A stretch of DNA of 62,070 nt, the filler included, from Circinaria calcarea (lineage: Eukaryota), in NCBI GenBank assembly GCA_051942165.1. It is 22 parts of 22 records of this genome, joined end to end, with 100 filler letters (N's around TTAATTAATTAA, not from the genome) between each part and the next. Parts side by side here need not be neighbours in the genome. Positions count along the whole stretch, not along the records: positions 22,679 to 25,407 come from JAVECS010003296.1; positions 25,508 to 28,235 come from JAVECS010003297.1; positions 28,336 to 31,060 come from JAVECS010003298.1; positions 31,161 to 33,884 come from JAVECS010003299.1; positions 33,985 to 36,707 come from JAVECS010003300.1; 17 more parts are not named here. One strand, given 5' to 3'. The notes under the pieces were generated by a model that saw only the letters and a program-made list of their open reading frames with translations, searched no databases and was not told the DNA's origin. Positions 24,801 through 36,180 of this stretch are shown here, piece by piece (position 1 is the stretch's first letter; each line of letters starts with the position of its first letter). Made by a program: the position numbers and the translations under genes.

Positions 24801-25361
24801 ATGGCAGCGAGATCACGTTTACCCCTCTACCTCGGTCTCGGTGCCGCTGGTGCAGGAGGTTACTACCTCTACACCGCTGGTGGAAGTCCAAGGGTTGCCT
24901 CGAAAGAGTTTCAGCGTAAGGCTACTCTTGCTTGCTCAAGACTTCCTCGGGTTAATTTTCGCAGACGATGTTGCCAAAGTACTCCCAGGATCTCAAAAGG
25001 AGACCCAAAAACAGGGTGAAGAGTGGGCAGCCAAGGCCGGTGTGAAGCTCGATAGTGTGGTGAGCCATTGATCTAATGCTACGGCGCTCTGCGCAAACAG
25101 CTGATACATGCTCGAAAGGTGGAAGAGGCCAAACATAACATCAACGAAGCCGATGCTGTTATTAGTGCGAAAGTTAGTGAGGCAGAGGCAAAGGCTATTC
25201 AGCTGAAAAACGAAAGTATTGCCAAGCTGAAGGAGGCAAAGGCCGACACCCAGAAGGAGCTGCATGACACGGTTGCAACTTTCGACAAGACCGTGGAGAG
25301 GAAGACGGTTGAGGCGAAGAAGGGGATTGCCAGTTGGCTTGGCTTCGGTGGTAGCAAGTGA
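24801..25361 (+). CDS. Small single-pass, LEA-like coiled-coil protein (family often labelled calcofluor white hypersensitive protein); introns 24916-24964, 25060-25118
   Basis: LYLGLGAAGAGGYYLY anchor, K/E/A-rich helix, C-terminal KKGIASWLGFGGSK, canonical splice sites. Confidence 0.8.
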
Positions 25362-25507
25362 GCAATGTTGGCACCTGTTTCAGCTTCCTTTGGATGCTCT
25401 TGAGGACNNNNNNNNNNNNNNNNNNNNNNNNNNNNNNNNNNNNNNNNNNNNTTAATTAATTAANNNNNNNNNNNNNNNNNNNNNNNNNNNNNNNNNNNNN
25501 NNNNNNN

Positions 25508-26591
25508 GCAGAAGAATATCCCCCCGGATCTATGACGTCGCCATCATCATCAACAAAACCTTCTCCATAACCTTCAAAACTACGTTCGTCGTATCTTCGT
25601 TTCCTTCCCGAACGCTTCGGCCTTGCAACCTCGCCAGCTGACGGGGTACCCACGGTCATTGGCGTACCGTTAAGATGGCCGTTGGCTTTCGATTGTTTCG
25701 TAGGAACATGAGCCGCCTGCTTCAGCTTTTGCTCTGGAATCGGCATCCCCGGCTTTAATTTCTCATGACCAAGAATGTTTTCCCACTCGTCATTTTTTGG
25801 TACGGGCCCAGATTCCAGCTTCATCGCTTTCTCCAACTTAGCCATGAGTGTACTCGGCAAACCTTTCTCCAGCTCCCTCCCAGCAACCTTCTGATTCTGC
25901 CATTCTTCATCAGGCCACAGTAACCACTCAACTAATCCTCCTGGGGTGCCTTCTTCATGTTTGACCGATTTATTCCTCCCCGCTAACCCAAACGTTTTCA
26001 CCTTGCCCTCGTAAGACCGCCGCATCTTGTTGATCTTCTCCCCGGTAACTGGATCGGTTCGCGCAACGCTAGCGACCAAAGAAGAGAGGCCACAGACGGC
26101 CAGCAAATCCTTCGTAGGATCTGGCCCTTTTGTATTGGGAGCTAGGTAAAAGCCCTCTGTTAACACAAAGTCTGTAGCAAACATGGAAAGACTCTGGCAG
26201 GAGTCATACCAGTTTGACTCAACAGGAGGGGAGTCCATTCATCCGTCTGCGTGCCTTGTGATGTTGATGACGAGGGCCTTACTGGCTCCATGTCCTTGGA
26301 CTGCGCATCGTTTCTGACCGGGTCCTCTGAGGGAGCATCCATGACGTCGACTTGGGTCGGGTTCTGAGCTCCAGCGTGTTCCTGCTTATCGATGTCCATA
26401 GCTCCAGGGTGTCGCGTGACTCTGAGCTGCCCATGGTGCGTGGTGAGGGTCTCGGTGAGGGTGGTGGTGGAGGAGGTGTTCATGGGTTTGGTGGTGAGGG
26501 TGTTGGTGAGGCCTGTGAGATTGAGGTTTGGGCTGGCAAGCCACTCCGAAGAATGCCTTTGGTCTAGTGGCTTGGCAAGAACCTCGAGCAT
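25508..26591 (-). CDS. MED19: Mediator subunit Med19/Rox3, 3'-partial; start uncertain; intron about 26142-26208
   Basis: SVARTDPVTGEKINKMRRSYEGKVKTFGLAGRNK, WPDEEWQNQKV, RPKRSGRKRRYDERSFEGYGEGFVDDD. Confidence 0.85.
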
Positions 26592-27333
26592 CAATGCTAA
26601 GCCAATGGTGAACAATGAGAAAGGTGAATAGGCTACAGTTCACACGATCATGATACGAGGGAGGATGTTCAAGTCCTGTTTGACCCGGGGCTTACACGAT
26701 TCTACAATCAGTGCTCCCCCTATGCCAGTGAGGTGGTTAGGAGGGGTGAGATGGTGTTCACAGTGAAAAGACCGCCTACAATGTTTCCACTTCCGACTGT
26801 ATGTAGTTGTATATCGTTTCTATCTTCGTATCACTATGTCTAAAATCAGCCGTGGACTGTTGAACGAACGGAGCGGGGCCGGTAATAGATTTGGGATGCT
26901 AAGGCGGGTTCTTCCGAAGCTCGGATCATCAGCTTGAACCACCAATTAACTGCCGTCAATCGGCACGTTTGCGTCTTCGCCCGTCTCATACCCCATGAAA
27001 ACCCTTTCCCTCGACCCTGAACATCTAACCAGAGTCCAGGTCGGCCTATCACCTGCCTCGAATCCGCTCGTGTGCCTTCTTGCGCGCACACAGAGGTAGC
27101 AGCTATGAAGAAGCGTTATCTCTCTCGTGTCAAAGAGGGGTTACCCTCCCTCTCCTTCTATACATCTCTATCAATTGCCCTTTTCCATCGGATTCCCTCT
27201 ACGATTCCGTTTCTGGAGTTGGAGCTCGCTCACACCTACTCGACTTTCAAGCATCGACGCCACCTAGGGCTTGTTTACTGCGGAGCACGCGACCAAAGCT
27301 CCAATCCGTAACAATAAGGCATTCCACGCAGCT

Positions 27334-28235
27334 ATGCCGTCCCCCGGCTTCCCTCCGACCCCAGCACCATCGACGGACATCCAGGGCAGAGATGACCATC
27401 GAGCATCCAACTGCAAGACTTCATTCACCTTGCCCCCACCTGCCATGATTACCAGCAGCAGCAGCACCCCTTCCAACGACTCCGTCCAGTCTGACTCCTC
27501 TTACTATCCAGCTACCCCTACTTCGCCGGTAGCCAAGGTCTCGAGTCGGAAGCAGAAACGCCCCTCGGATAATCAGAGTAAACTTGATGCTACCGCCGCT
27601 GCGGACTTTTCCCTCCCGCCACCCCCAACCAGATCACGAAAGATCATCCAGATGAAGCCAGGTTTGAGCAACCAAATCAAGCCTACAAGCTCGACCAACA
27701 ATTCAACCTCCAACACCAAGAAGGCCAGCTCTACAACCCAGTCCAAGAAGCAGCCAACCTCGACAAGCGTAGCAGGGAGAAGAATAGCACGAAAAACCGC
27801 CCACAGTCTAATTGAGCGAAGACGGAGATCAAAGATGAACGAAGAATTTGGAGTACTCAAGGATATGATACCGGCCTGCCAGGGTCAAGAGATGCACAAG
27901 CTTGCCATTCTCCAAGCCAGCATTGACTACCTTCGCTACCTCGAGCAATGCGTCACCGGTTTGAAAGCGGTAAATGGTACATTTGCCGCTTCAATCTCGA
28001 ACCAGCCCCAAGTGCCTGCTCCACGGCCAAGCAGTCCAATAAACGGAGACGAAGACGAGGACGATGAAGATGGGGAGGAAAAGGAAGATCTCGAAATGGA
28101 GGATTACCCGTCTGCAACCGCCTCTCCGGCTATCGCACCGTCCAAGTCCGGAAATGTCACATGTTCAAACACTACTTCCACTATCACATCCCCAGCTATA
28201 TTACCTACGCCGACCCAAAAGGATCACAGCTCTTC
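27334..28235 (+). CDS. bHLH transcription factor, 3'-partial
   Basis: RKTAHSLIERRRRSKMNEEFGVLKDMIPAC..EMHKLAILQASIDYLRYLE. Confidence 0.92.
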
Positions 28236-28871
28236 NNNNNNNNNNNNNNNNNNNNNNNNNNNNNNNNNNNNNNNNNNNNTTAATTAATTAANNNNNNNNN
28301 NNNNNNNNNNNNNNNNNNNNNNNNNNNNNNNNNNNTCGTTCGGAGTCATGGATGGATTACAAAAGACTTGGTTTTGGGTGGCGTTGCTGTCCCAGTTGGT
28401 CATTTGCATTGGGTTCTTGGTCTTTTTCCGAAAGGAGCAGTTGTTTAAGCCTTAGAGGAGCGAGCATAGCGAGCATAGCGAGCATCTTGGTTTTTGTGTG
28501 TGCAGGAAAGCATTTGAAATGAGTAACGACATGGCGCTTGAGGACGAATTTATTACTAAGGAGTGGGACTTTTGAGCTAGGTGAACACTGGGGTTTTTGG
28601 GGATAGATGAGATGAAAAAAAGTAAGAAAAGAAAAGCATATCAGAGGACCAGTGGGAGAAAATTAATAAGCTGGAATTACTGGCTTGTATGTACATTGAA
28701 GGGATAAATAGATAGATATCCCCCTCCACGGTAGCTATAATTTTTAGTATGAATATGAAATACTGCAATAAGCAATATTGAACCGGAAAAAACTCCTTTC
28801 CCTTCCCTCTCCTCTCTCTTTTCTTTCACCTTTTTGCTTCTCTTCTCAGCCGATTAACGTTTGACATTTGG

Positions 28872-29206
28872 TGTAAGAGCGCTGCAATCCTTGGGGCACA
28901 ATGAGGAATATGTTATGTCCCGATTGGTGATGGCACGATTACATAGGGTGTATGTAGTTGAACTGTTGCCCTAGGCTCAATTAATATAAAAGGAGTATAT
29001 TGAACTCGTTATGGTTCTACAAGTATACTGTTCTAAAGAGCGGGAATAGCTTCCTGCTTTACTTGTGCTCACTTCCTGACCAATTGTAAACAACTCTTCC
29101 TGCTCACCTATGCTTATTTTCCTGAATATGATAATCATGAGCACGGGTCACAAGGTCGCTACCATAACCCTAGTACATGCTATGGTGCTGGCGCCATACC
29201 ATAACA
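28872..29206. mobile_element. LTR-like repeat (TGT...ACA), same family as 50033-50397
   Basis: First ~175 bp and last ~35 bp closely match the 50033 copy. No matching TSD. A more diverged related fragment follows at about 29207-29503. Confidence 0.8.
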
Positions 29207-29916
29207 ATAGAGTCCACTCAGTTTGTGCACGATTACGAGGAATGTAATATTGGTCTATTTATTGTTCCATGTATGGTTATAAGCATCTTATTCTAATAAG
29301 AGGGAATAGTTTACTTATATAACATCGTTGCTCCCGTGGTTCCCACTGATCCACCTGTGGGAGCACTGGGAGCACCCGGAGCATATCACGTGTCCTGCTC
29401 CGTTGCTCCTGCTGCCAAGCCCCTGGGAGTGCCGGGAGCAACCGGCTCCTAGTTCCTCCATTCCGGCCCTTGGTTAGTCAGGGTATGGCGTAGCGCTATA
29501 GCACTAATAAGGGGCCCGAGTTTTTTGGTTTTTTTTTTTTTTTCAAAAGAAAACAAAGGGGGGTGAAGGGGGGAAGGGGGAGAATATATGGCGTGGGCGT
29601 GAGCGTGAGCGTGACTTAAGCATCAACGGCAGGAATCAGTGTGTACACAACAGTCTGTATTTGTGTGTGATGTGTATGGGTTCGCAAAAGTGCGAAGCCA
29701 CAAGGGGAAAACTCTGCAACCCACGCGACTACTAATGATGTGGGTAGTACAGAACTTCTGCATACAGAAGTTTCGACACAGAGGTCGGCATACGGTATGC
29801 TTGGATCTCTATTCAACAGAAAGAGGGTAGTGATGTACTTGGATATTGGGTACATCTCTCACAAAAGTTGCTTTAATTCAGAAAGCAAGTTCTGGGAAAA
29901 ACAGAATTTGGTATTA

Positions 29917-31060
29917 TTATATAATATCGAGGTCACCGGTATTGATATCGGGCGGAAAGAGCTTATCCCATTCATTCTAACCCAAAAGTTAGCCGGAAAG
30001 AAAAAGGCAAGAATAGAACAGAGAGAAGAGGAAAGCGAGGCATACCCAATCGATATCAGCCATTAAATCGTCAGTCATACTTGTTGGTTGCGGCATGCTT
30101 GCTACATTCCCCGCGCCACTGTTCGTATCAGAGCTGCTCTCCGGGACCCGTGCTGTCTCTGCCGGCAGCATTAACAGACGCTTATACTCTTCGTTCGTCC
30201 CTGACCCAGGAGGCTGTAGCGGGACTATCACTTCGTATCGGGACGGGTTTGCAGGTAGGTCCTCCCCTTCATCACCGGCCCGTCGCGGTGGCTGTTGCCC
30301 TAATCGTTGCAACATCTCTTTCGGAGCCCTGACCTTCCGAGCTTCGTTGTACGCACCGATGCGATCCCGCAATTCGGTCAAGATGATGCGGGCTTTTTGG
30401 GTTCGAGACAGGTCCGGAGGCATCTCGAAAACGTAATCGACGACTTTCCAAATGCGGTCTGCTTCTTTGCGCATTGGGAAAGCATAAACCTCGACCAAGA
30501 GGAGGAGTGCGGTGTGATATTGGTTCAAGGCGCCGGCGTACCAGGCCCAGGGGCGTATGGCAGGGTCGGTTTCCAAAAGCATACCCGATTCAAGTTGTTC
30601 GGTGCCAGAAGTGAGAATGAGCTGGCGAAGGCGGTCTAGAGGTATTCAGTAAGGCAACGGAAGGGGACCTAAATATCTAACCTGGAATAGCAAATGCGAC
30701 GCCGTTGTGATATCTATGGAGTACCATGATGTGCATCCTTGAAATGAGTAGGTTCAAAATTATCCGCCCACATTTTTGTATGGGGATATTATCATCTATC
30801 ATAGGCAGGTATTTCTCGTACATCATCTTTCTAAAGCTCTCGATTTTGCCAAGAACCAATGTGAGGCTTATCTGTTTCTTCTCCAGCCGTGGTCGGTCGA
30901 CCCAAATTATACGATGCATATCATTGCACTCAATTCTGATTAAAGTAAGGGTCATGTCAGTCCACCGTTCCGAAGACTTTGTTGAAGGATAAAGCTGATC
31001 GAGTTCGACATCGTCAACATTGAGCGGATACTTCGTATCGTAGTCCTCTCGTCTTATACC
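29917..31060 (-). CDS. Fungal-specific (Zn2Cys6-type) transcription factor, middle and C-terminal region, 5'-partial, two introns
   Basis: YDTKYPLNVDD..RWTDMT..IRIEC, PWAWYAGALNQYHTALLLL, last exon NEWDKLFPPDINTGDLDII*. Confidence 0.85.
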
Positions 31061-31817
31061 NNNNNNNNNNNNNNNNNNNNNNNNNNNNNNNNNNNNNNNN
31101 NNNNTTAATTAATTAANNNNNNNNNNNNNNNNNNNNNNNNNNNNNNNNNNNNNNNNNNNNTTATCAGCTCTCCAGAAACTCTCAGAGCGTTCATTTTCCG
31201 CGCTATAGGGCATTTTGAGTCTTGTTCATGATAGCAAGCAGTGCAAACTTTATTTCATACCTCAAATGATGGGCCGACGAGCGTAGACAGTATGGAGACC
31301 AGCTAGGTACGTTGTTTTGAGAATCTAAGGCCGGTAGAAAATGTTTGTTCCGGTCTGGAAACGTAGTTTTCATCGTCAGATACTCACCGGGAACGAAGAT
31401 ATGTACCTCTAACGGACGAGAAAGGGATAACAGATCGTCGCGAATATCACGAGCAGAACTGGACGAGCATTGTTGTTCCTGAACGAACATTAGTTTGTGT
31501 TTATATGGGGTTATCGAGTTCAGGCATACAAACCCGAATCCACTGATAATGATGTAAACGTCGAGGCTTGGTCACCCTTCCGGAGGGATTTCTTTGAATC
31601 TGCTGATGGCTGAAGGTAGGCGAACTCAGTCTCCTGCACAGGCAAGGCCTACCTTACCACCCCAGTAAGAGTACTTCATCGGGTATGATGAAACTTAAGG
31701 GTATCAGGCTGAGCCTGCAACTTCTGAGGTTGATGATATCCAAGGCCTCCAATATGCAGCTGATGCAGTGCAGTTGGTGCAATGCAGAGCAGGAGCCTTG
31801 CATTGTACTGGCAGTGC

Positions 31818-32079
31818 CACAGGGGGCGGCATAAGTCATAGGGTTCCGAGGTGTTACGGAATAGCAGATAGTACTCTGTATATGTTCAAATAATTATTGT
31901 AATAATGTTTCAATACCCTTTCCGCCTTTCCGAACTAGATATTTAAATCATGGAGAAATATGCGAGCGGTGGTAAGAGGTTCATGGCTAATTACTTGACT
32001 ACTTGTTAAATTATTTACTCTAAACTTTATACGTCGGTAATACCTCGGAACCCCCATGACTTTTGCCGCCCCCCCTGTG
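31818..32079. mobile_element. MITE A, about 40-bp TIRs (CACAGGGGGCGGC...GCCGCCCCCCCTGTG)
   Basis: Imperfect inverted repeats flank an AT-rich non-coding core. Confidence 0.8.
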
Positions 32080-32144
32080 CACAGTGCAGCTACAGGAGAG
32101 TAATCTCGCTAAACGGGGGTGATAAGTTGCCTCGGTCATCGGGT

Positions 32145-32392
32145 CACAGGGGGGCGGCACGGGTGGTGATACACCGAGGTTCTCCCGACCGAACTTTTTC
32201 TATTGCAAAGAGTATAGTAAATTATCACTTTGGAAAAAATACGTGCGCGTATAGCGGAAATGCCTTTCAGATGTAAGTAATTAGTCACAACAGGTGGCAA
32301 AGGCATCAAATTTTCATTATGATGATTAATTCATGTATATGATTAATTCTTAATATTGGTCGGGAGAACCTCAGTGTATCACAACCCCTGTG
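32145..32392. mobile_element. MITE B, CACAGGGG termini; 30-bp IR 32161-32190 / 32358-32387
   Basis: The IR matches at 28 of 30 positions. AT-rich core. Confidence 0.8.
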
Positions 32393-33320
32393 TGGGCCAT
32401 TAATCTTCCGGGTTTAAAAGGGGACGAGGGCACCGGCTGGCAGCCTTATTAGGCTGTGCCTTGGGCTGCACTGCCAGTACAGTGCAGGTAGCGGAAAACA
32501 GGAGGGGGAAACCCATCAGACCACCAAAGAGTAGCACTATTAGGATTTGAACCCAATTCCGGTGATATCCCCTCCACATCCCGATTATGCTCCCCCGGTT
32601 TTCAGCAGCCCGCGCTGCACCGTGAACTGCCAAGCCGCACTGCACCGGCTGCACTATTGCAGGCCTTGCGCGGCACACCCTCCATTTTTAGCTGCCCCCC
32701 TACGCGACAGAGTCCAGACAGGTATTGTACGGAGTAGATAGGCACGAGCAAAGAGACTCGGAAAGAATCCTCAGGATATCAGCTGAGACAACGAGAGAAT
32801 CACAGATGTCACCAATGACATCTAATATCTTGATCGAGCCTACCTCGAGCAGCACACACAACCACCTCCCCACCCAAACGAAAAATTCCTAAGAAATCAC
32901 CCCCACAAGAGGTGTTTCAGACCTACTGATCCAGACACCATCAAACAGTCAATGCACAAGAGAGAAGAGAGAGAGAACTCATGGTGTTCATTCATTTTGA
33001 TTCTCTAATCCCCGATCCAGGAAACAAAGATCGATACCGCTGAGACGTTAGACTTGGTGATGCGTCCAAAGGGAAGATAGAAAAGAGGAACTGGACGCAA
33101 GACGTTCGGATGACGCTAAGACGGATTGAGAATAGTTACCGCTTTGCCCCCCCAAACAAAAGCAGTTGCGCAATGGGACATGATGGCTGAGCATCACACA
33201 GCCTCATAGGAGATGATACTCTCTATAACAACTACATCTACAAGGAAACCATATGTTATCTGGCTCAACCATTTCCCCTGTTTTTCCACTCTCCTCCTAC
33301 CCTTTCCCGCTCAAACTTCC

Positions 33321-33884
33321 CTATCCAACCCTCTTCACCAGACAAACTTGCCTATACCCCCCGTACCCCTCCCCCAAATCATGCTCTATGCTTCCCACCT
33401 CCTCGAAGCCCAATTTCCGGTATGTAGATACCCCCTCCGGTGTTGATTCAGCATAGACGCCCTCGACCTTGTGACGATTGTCTTTTGATGAGTTTTGCTC
33501 ATTGGCTTGCGCTTCGGCCTGGTCGACGCCCCATTGGACAAGGCGGGAGGCGGCGCCTTGACGGCGGTAGGAGGGATGGGTGGCCAGAGTTTGGAGATCT
33601 GGGAGGATGGGAGTCAGTAAGTTGTGGGGGTGCTGTCGTACGGGTGGGGATTTAGAGTGGCTTGAAAATAATATAGGTATACTCCTTTCTAACAGAAGAT
33701 GAGAAATCCCACGCATATCGTATCTAGGTAGCGAAATGAGAGGCAACAGACACTGGGTGAAGTGCCTCAATGATAGAAAAGAGAGTAGGGATATAAAAGA
33801 CAGTAGGAGCAGAGATTGGGCATATTCCAGCGCTCGATGTGAGGCTCCGGAATCCAAATAAAATATACATCTACTTACACCACC
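33321..33884 (-). CDS. GNAT acetyltransferase C-terminus, 5'-partial; intron 33599-33878
   Basis: WYLQTLATHPSYRRQGAASRLVQWG...ESTPEGVSTYRKLGF (motifs A and B). GTAAGT donor, CTGAC branch point, CAG acceptor. Confidence 0.88.
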   Translation of the reverse strand, partial: GGVSRCIFYLDSGASHRALEYAQSLLLLSFISLLSFLSLRHFTQCLLPLISLPRYDMRGISHLLLERSIPILFSSHSKSPPVRQHPHNLLTPILPDLQTLATHPSYRRQGAASRLVQWGVDQAEAQANEQNSSKDNRHKVEGVYAESTPEGVSTYRKLGFEEVGSIEHDLGEGYGGYRQVCLVKRVG

Positions 33885-34836
33885 NNNNNNNNNNNNNNNN
33901 NNNNNNNNNNNNNNNNNNNNNNNNNNNNTTAATTAATTAANNNNNNNNNNNNNNNNNNNNNNNNNNNNNNNNNNNNNNNNNNNNCCCCCTACCCTTACCC
34001 CCTTACCATCAATCCTCTTGTCCATTCCCCACATCAAGGATACCGTTAAAACGAGGGGGGAAACGAACGACGATGAGTGTCACGGGAGGTGCACTTTTCT
34101 AATGATATGAATAGAATTGATTAAATTTATCTATGCCCGAAGGCAGCCTTTAAAGCCCAAAGGCCTTGGTTAGCCAACTTTTTCCTTCGCATAATAATGA
34201 GGAGGCAGGCGGTCTTTGAGGCCAGGTTTGAGAATTGTAAACTGTACAGAACAAATCGGAATGGCGGTCCCTCCCTCTTTCCCCGGTGAGGCTAGCTATT
34301 GAGAAAGGGGGTCTCTTAAGGATCCCGGTGAAGTATTGGATCATGTAAAAGTTTGGAGAAAGCGGTCAAACTAATGAGACCCGCTCCCCCCTGTCCATTA
34401 CGAAGACGGTGGCAGCGTCTGCGACGGCATGTACAACTCCATTACTCTGGATTGGCATGAATAGGTCAACTCAGTCACGGTACACGACTTCTTTCTAGGC
34501 CTTGTCGTTCATGTTCGAAATCAAGGGAAGAAGTGAGGAATGTATCAAATTTGGATTCGGCAAACGGAAACTATCATAGCTATGTAGTAATTATTGACAG
34601 TTTTTGTTCCTCGGTTGTTGATGTATCCACTCTTTGCATCCCCGTCGTCTCCATTTCCACCTCCGCTTCACATTGACGCCTCCTCCTTCCACGACGCCCC
34701 AGACGCTTCTGATTGCAGATACCATTGCCATAGTTTGCTGAGTTATCGGTTCGGCATTGAGTAAACAGTCTACTATATCTATACACATCAGTAAAGGCTC
34801 ATAGCAAGTACGACAGATATACTCACTTCAATGCAT

Positions 34837-35490
34837 TTACAATCTTGATCCATGAATGACCTTGTAGTCAACAGCAAGCTCACGTCCCCCATCATTGATA
34901 ACCAAGACACGAACGCTCCCCCTTCCATCGGCAAAGGCCTCATTTAGCCTGGACCACAGTCCACCTTGATCAATGACAGGTAAACCTTGCTTGACATCAC
35001 CAGTCTCAGTCATGGCAACGACACGTCCATCATCACGGATATCCAGGACACGGTATTGCTTGAAGACGGGACCGAGCATATTCTGGACAATAACCGATGG
35101 AGAAGGATTGGACACGAAGCTAGACTCTTCATGAAGTTGCTTGGTGAAGAGGTCAACCCCAAGGTAGCGATGCTGACCAGTCTGAGCAGAGGTCGTGATA
35201 CGAATGACTTGGCAAGGACGACCTTGAAGGACTAGTAGATCACCGACGCGAATGTGGTGGCATGGAATCGTGATGGTGTTTGGCCCTCCACTGCGATCAA
35301 TAAAGCGAACACTCTCACGCACACCTTCACGCACACGAGATGGACCATCGTCGGTAATGGTGATCTCCTCCCGATCATGATGATGATGGGGATGGAAAGG
35401 ATGAAAGACACGGTCGGCAGCTTTCTCAATTCCGTGGGAGATGCCCTCACGGAAGGAGTGGTAGCGACCGGAATCGTCGTAGTAACCCAT
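34837..35490 (-). CDS. HEX1: Woronin body major protein Hex1 (AUG-initiated form, 217 aa)
   Basis: MGYYDD start, His-rich stretch, TIPCHHIRVGDLLVLQGRPCQVIRI eIF5A-like fold, C-terminal PTS1 SRL. Confidence 0.97.
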   Translation of the reverse strand: MGYYDDSGRYHSFREGISHGIEKAADRVFHPFHPHHHHDREEITITDDGPSRVREGVRESVRFIDRSGGPNTITIPCHHIRVGDLLVLQGRPCQVIRITTSAQTGQHRYLGVDLFTKQLHEESSFVSNPSPSVIVQNMLGPVFKQYRVLDIRDDGRVVAMTETGDVKQGLPVIDQGGLWSRLNEAFADGRGSVRVLVINDGGRELAVDYKVIHGSRL

Positions 35491-36180
35491 GGTGAGACCG
35501 GATCGATGTGGCTTCTCGGTTGTCCTTTCGGTTGCGATTCTTACTTCTTCTCGAGGCGCTCTGCGTTCGTATTCAGGAGCTCGACGTTCGTACTCGATAT
35601 CGTACGACGGGTGGACGCGTTGACGGTAGCTACGTTCGGTGATGTCGAGTTCCGATTCACGACGGGGAGCTTCGATATCGATCTTGGTTTCGGAGAATTC
35701 CCGATGAGGTTCTCGATATCTGTAGATGCAAAAAAAGAATTTAGTCGCCGATCATCATAAAGCTGGAGCTTGGACCAGTGTTACTCGGTCAACACGCCAA
35801 GATCCAAAAAGGGAAATTCAAGGATAGAAGGGGGGTGTTTCTCACCGCTCTCTGGTTATTTCAACGTCAGCGGTACGGCCTTGACGGGGACGGTGATCTT
35901 CTTCGTAGACGGTGATGTTCTCCTTGCGGCCGCTCGGACGGTTCTCCTCGTAGACCTTGACTTCCTCCTCTACGTAGCTGCTACGCTCTTTCTTGCCGGG
36001 TAGAGTAGCGGAGAAGGACGAGTAGCGCTCTTCGTGACCTTCCCGTCCGACGCGCGAAGCTCCTGGAGGTAGGTCGGCCTCTCCTTCTACTCGGACGCGA
36101 GTAGTCTCGGTGACAGCGTCGCTCCGGTACGACGACGGGAAGACACTGAAGGGGATCGGGACTTTGGCGTCAAAGTCCAG
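35491..36180 (-). CDS. HEX1: Putative in-frame 188-aa N-terminal extension of Hex1 (exons 36180-35846, 35719-35491)
   Basis: Stop-free across a GTGAGA..CAG intron (35845-35720) and in frame with the AUG at 35490. Begins LDFDAKVPIPFSVFPSSYR and contains no Met. Confidence 0.7.

Noticed and set aside
32533..32600. tRNA-like segment on the minus strand (AGCATAATCGG A-box, TTGGG-TTCAAAT-CCTAA T-arm)
   Set aside because: Acceptor and anticodon stems do not pair and it overlaps a fold-back arm. At most a degenerate relic; tRNAscan-SE would settle it.
33599..33878. Long (280 nt) GNAT intron as a snoRNA host or nested intron
   Set aside because: No convincing C/D or H/ACA box pair or internal splice signals found.
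33985..34007. CCCTTA/CCCTAC-like repeats at contig edges as telomeres
   Set aside because: Short, irregular low-complexity tracts, not TTAGGG arrays.
35254..36003. Long plus-strand ORFs opposite hex1
   Set aside because: Antisense shadows of the biased minus-strand coding frame.
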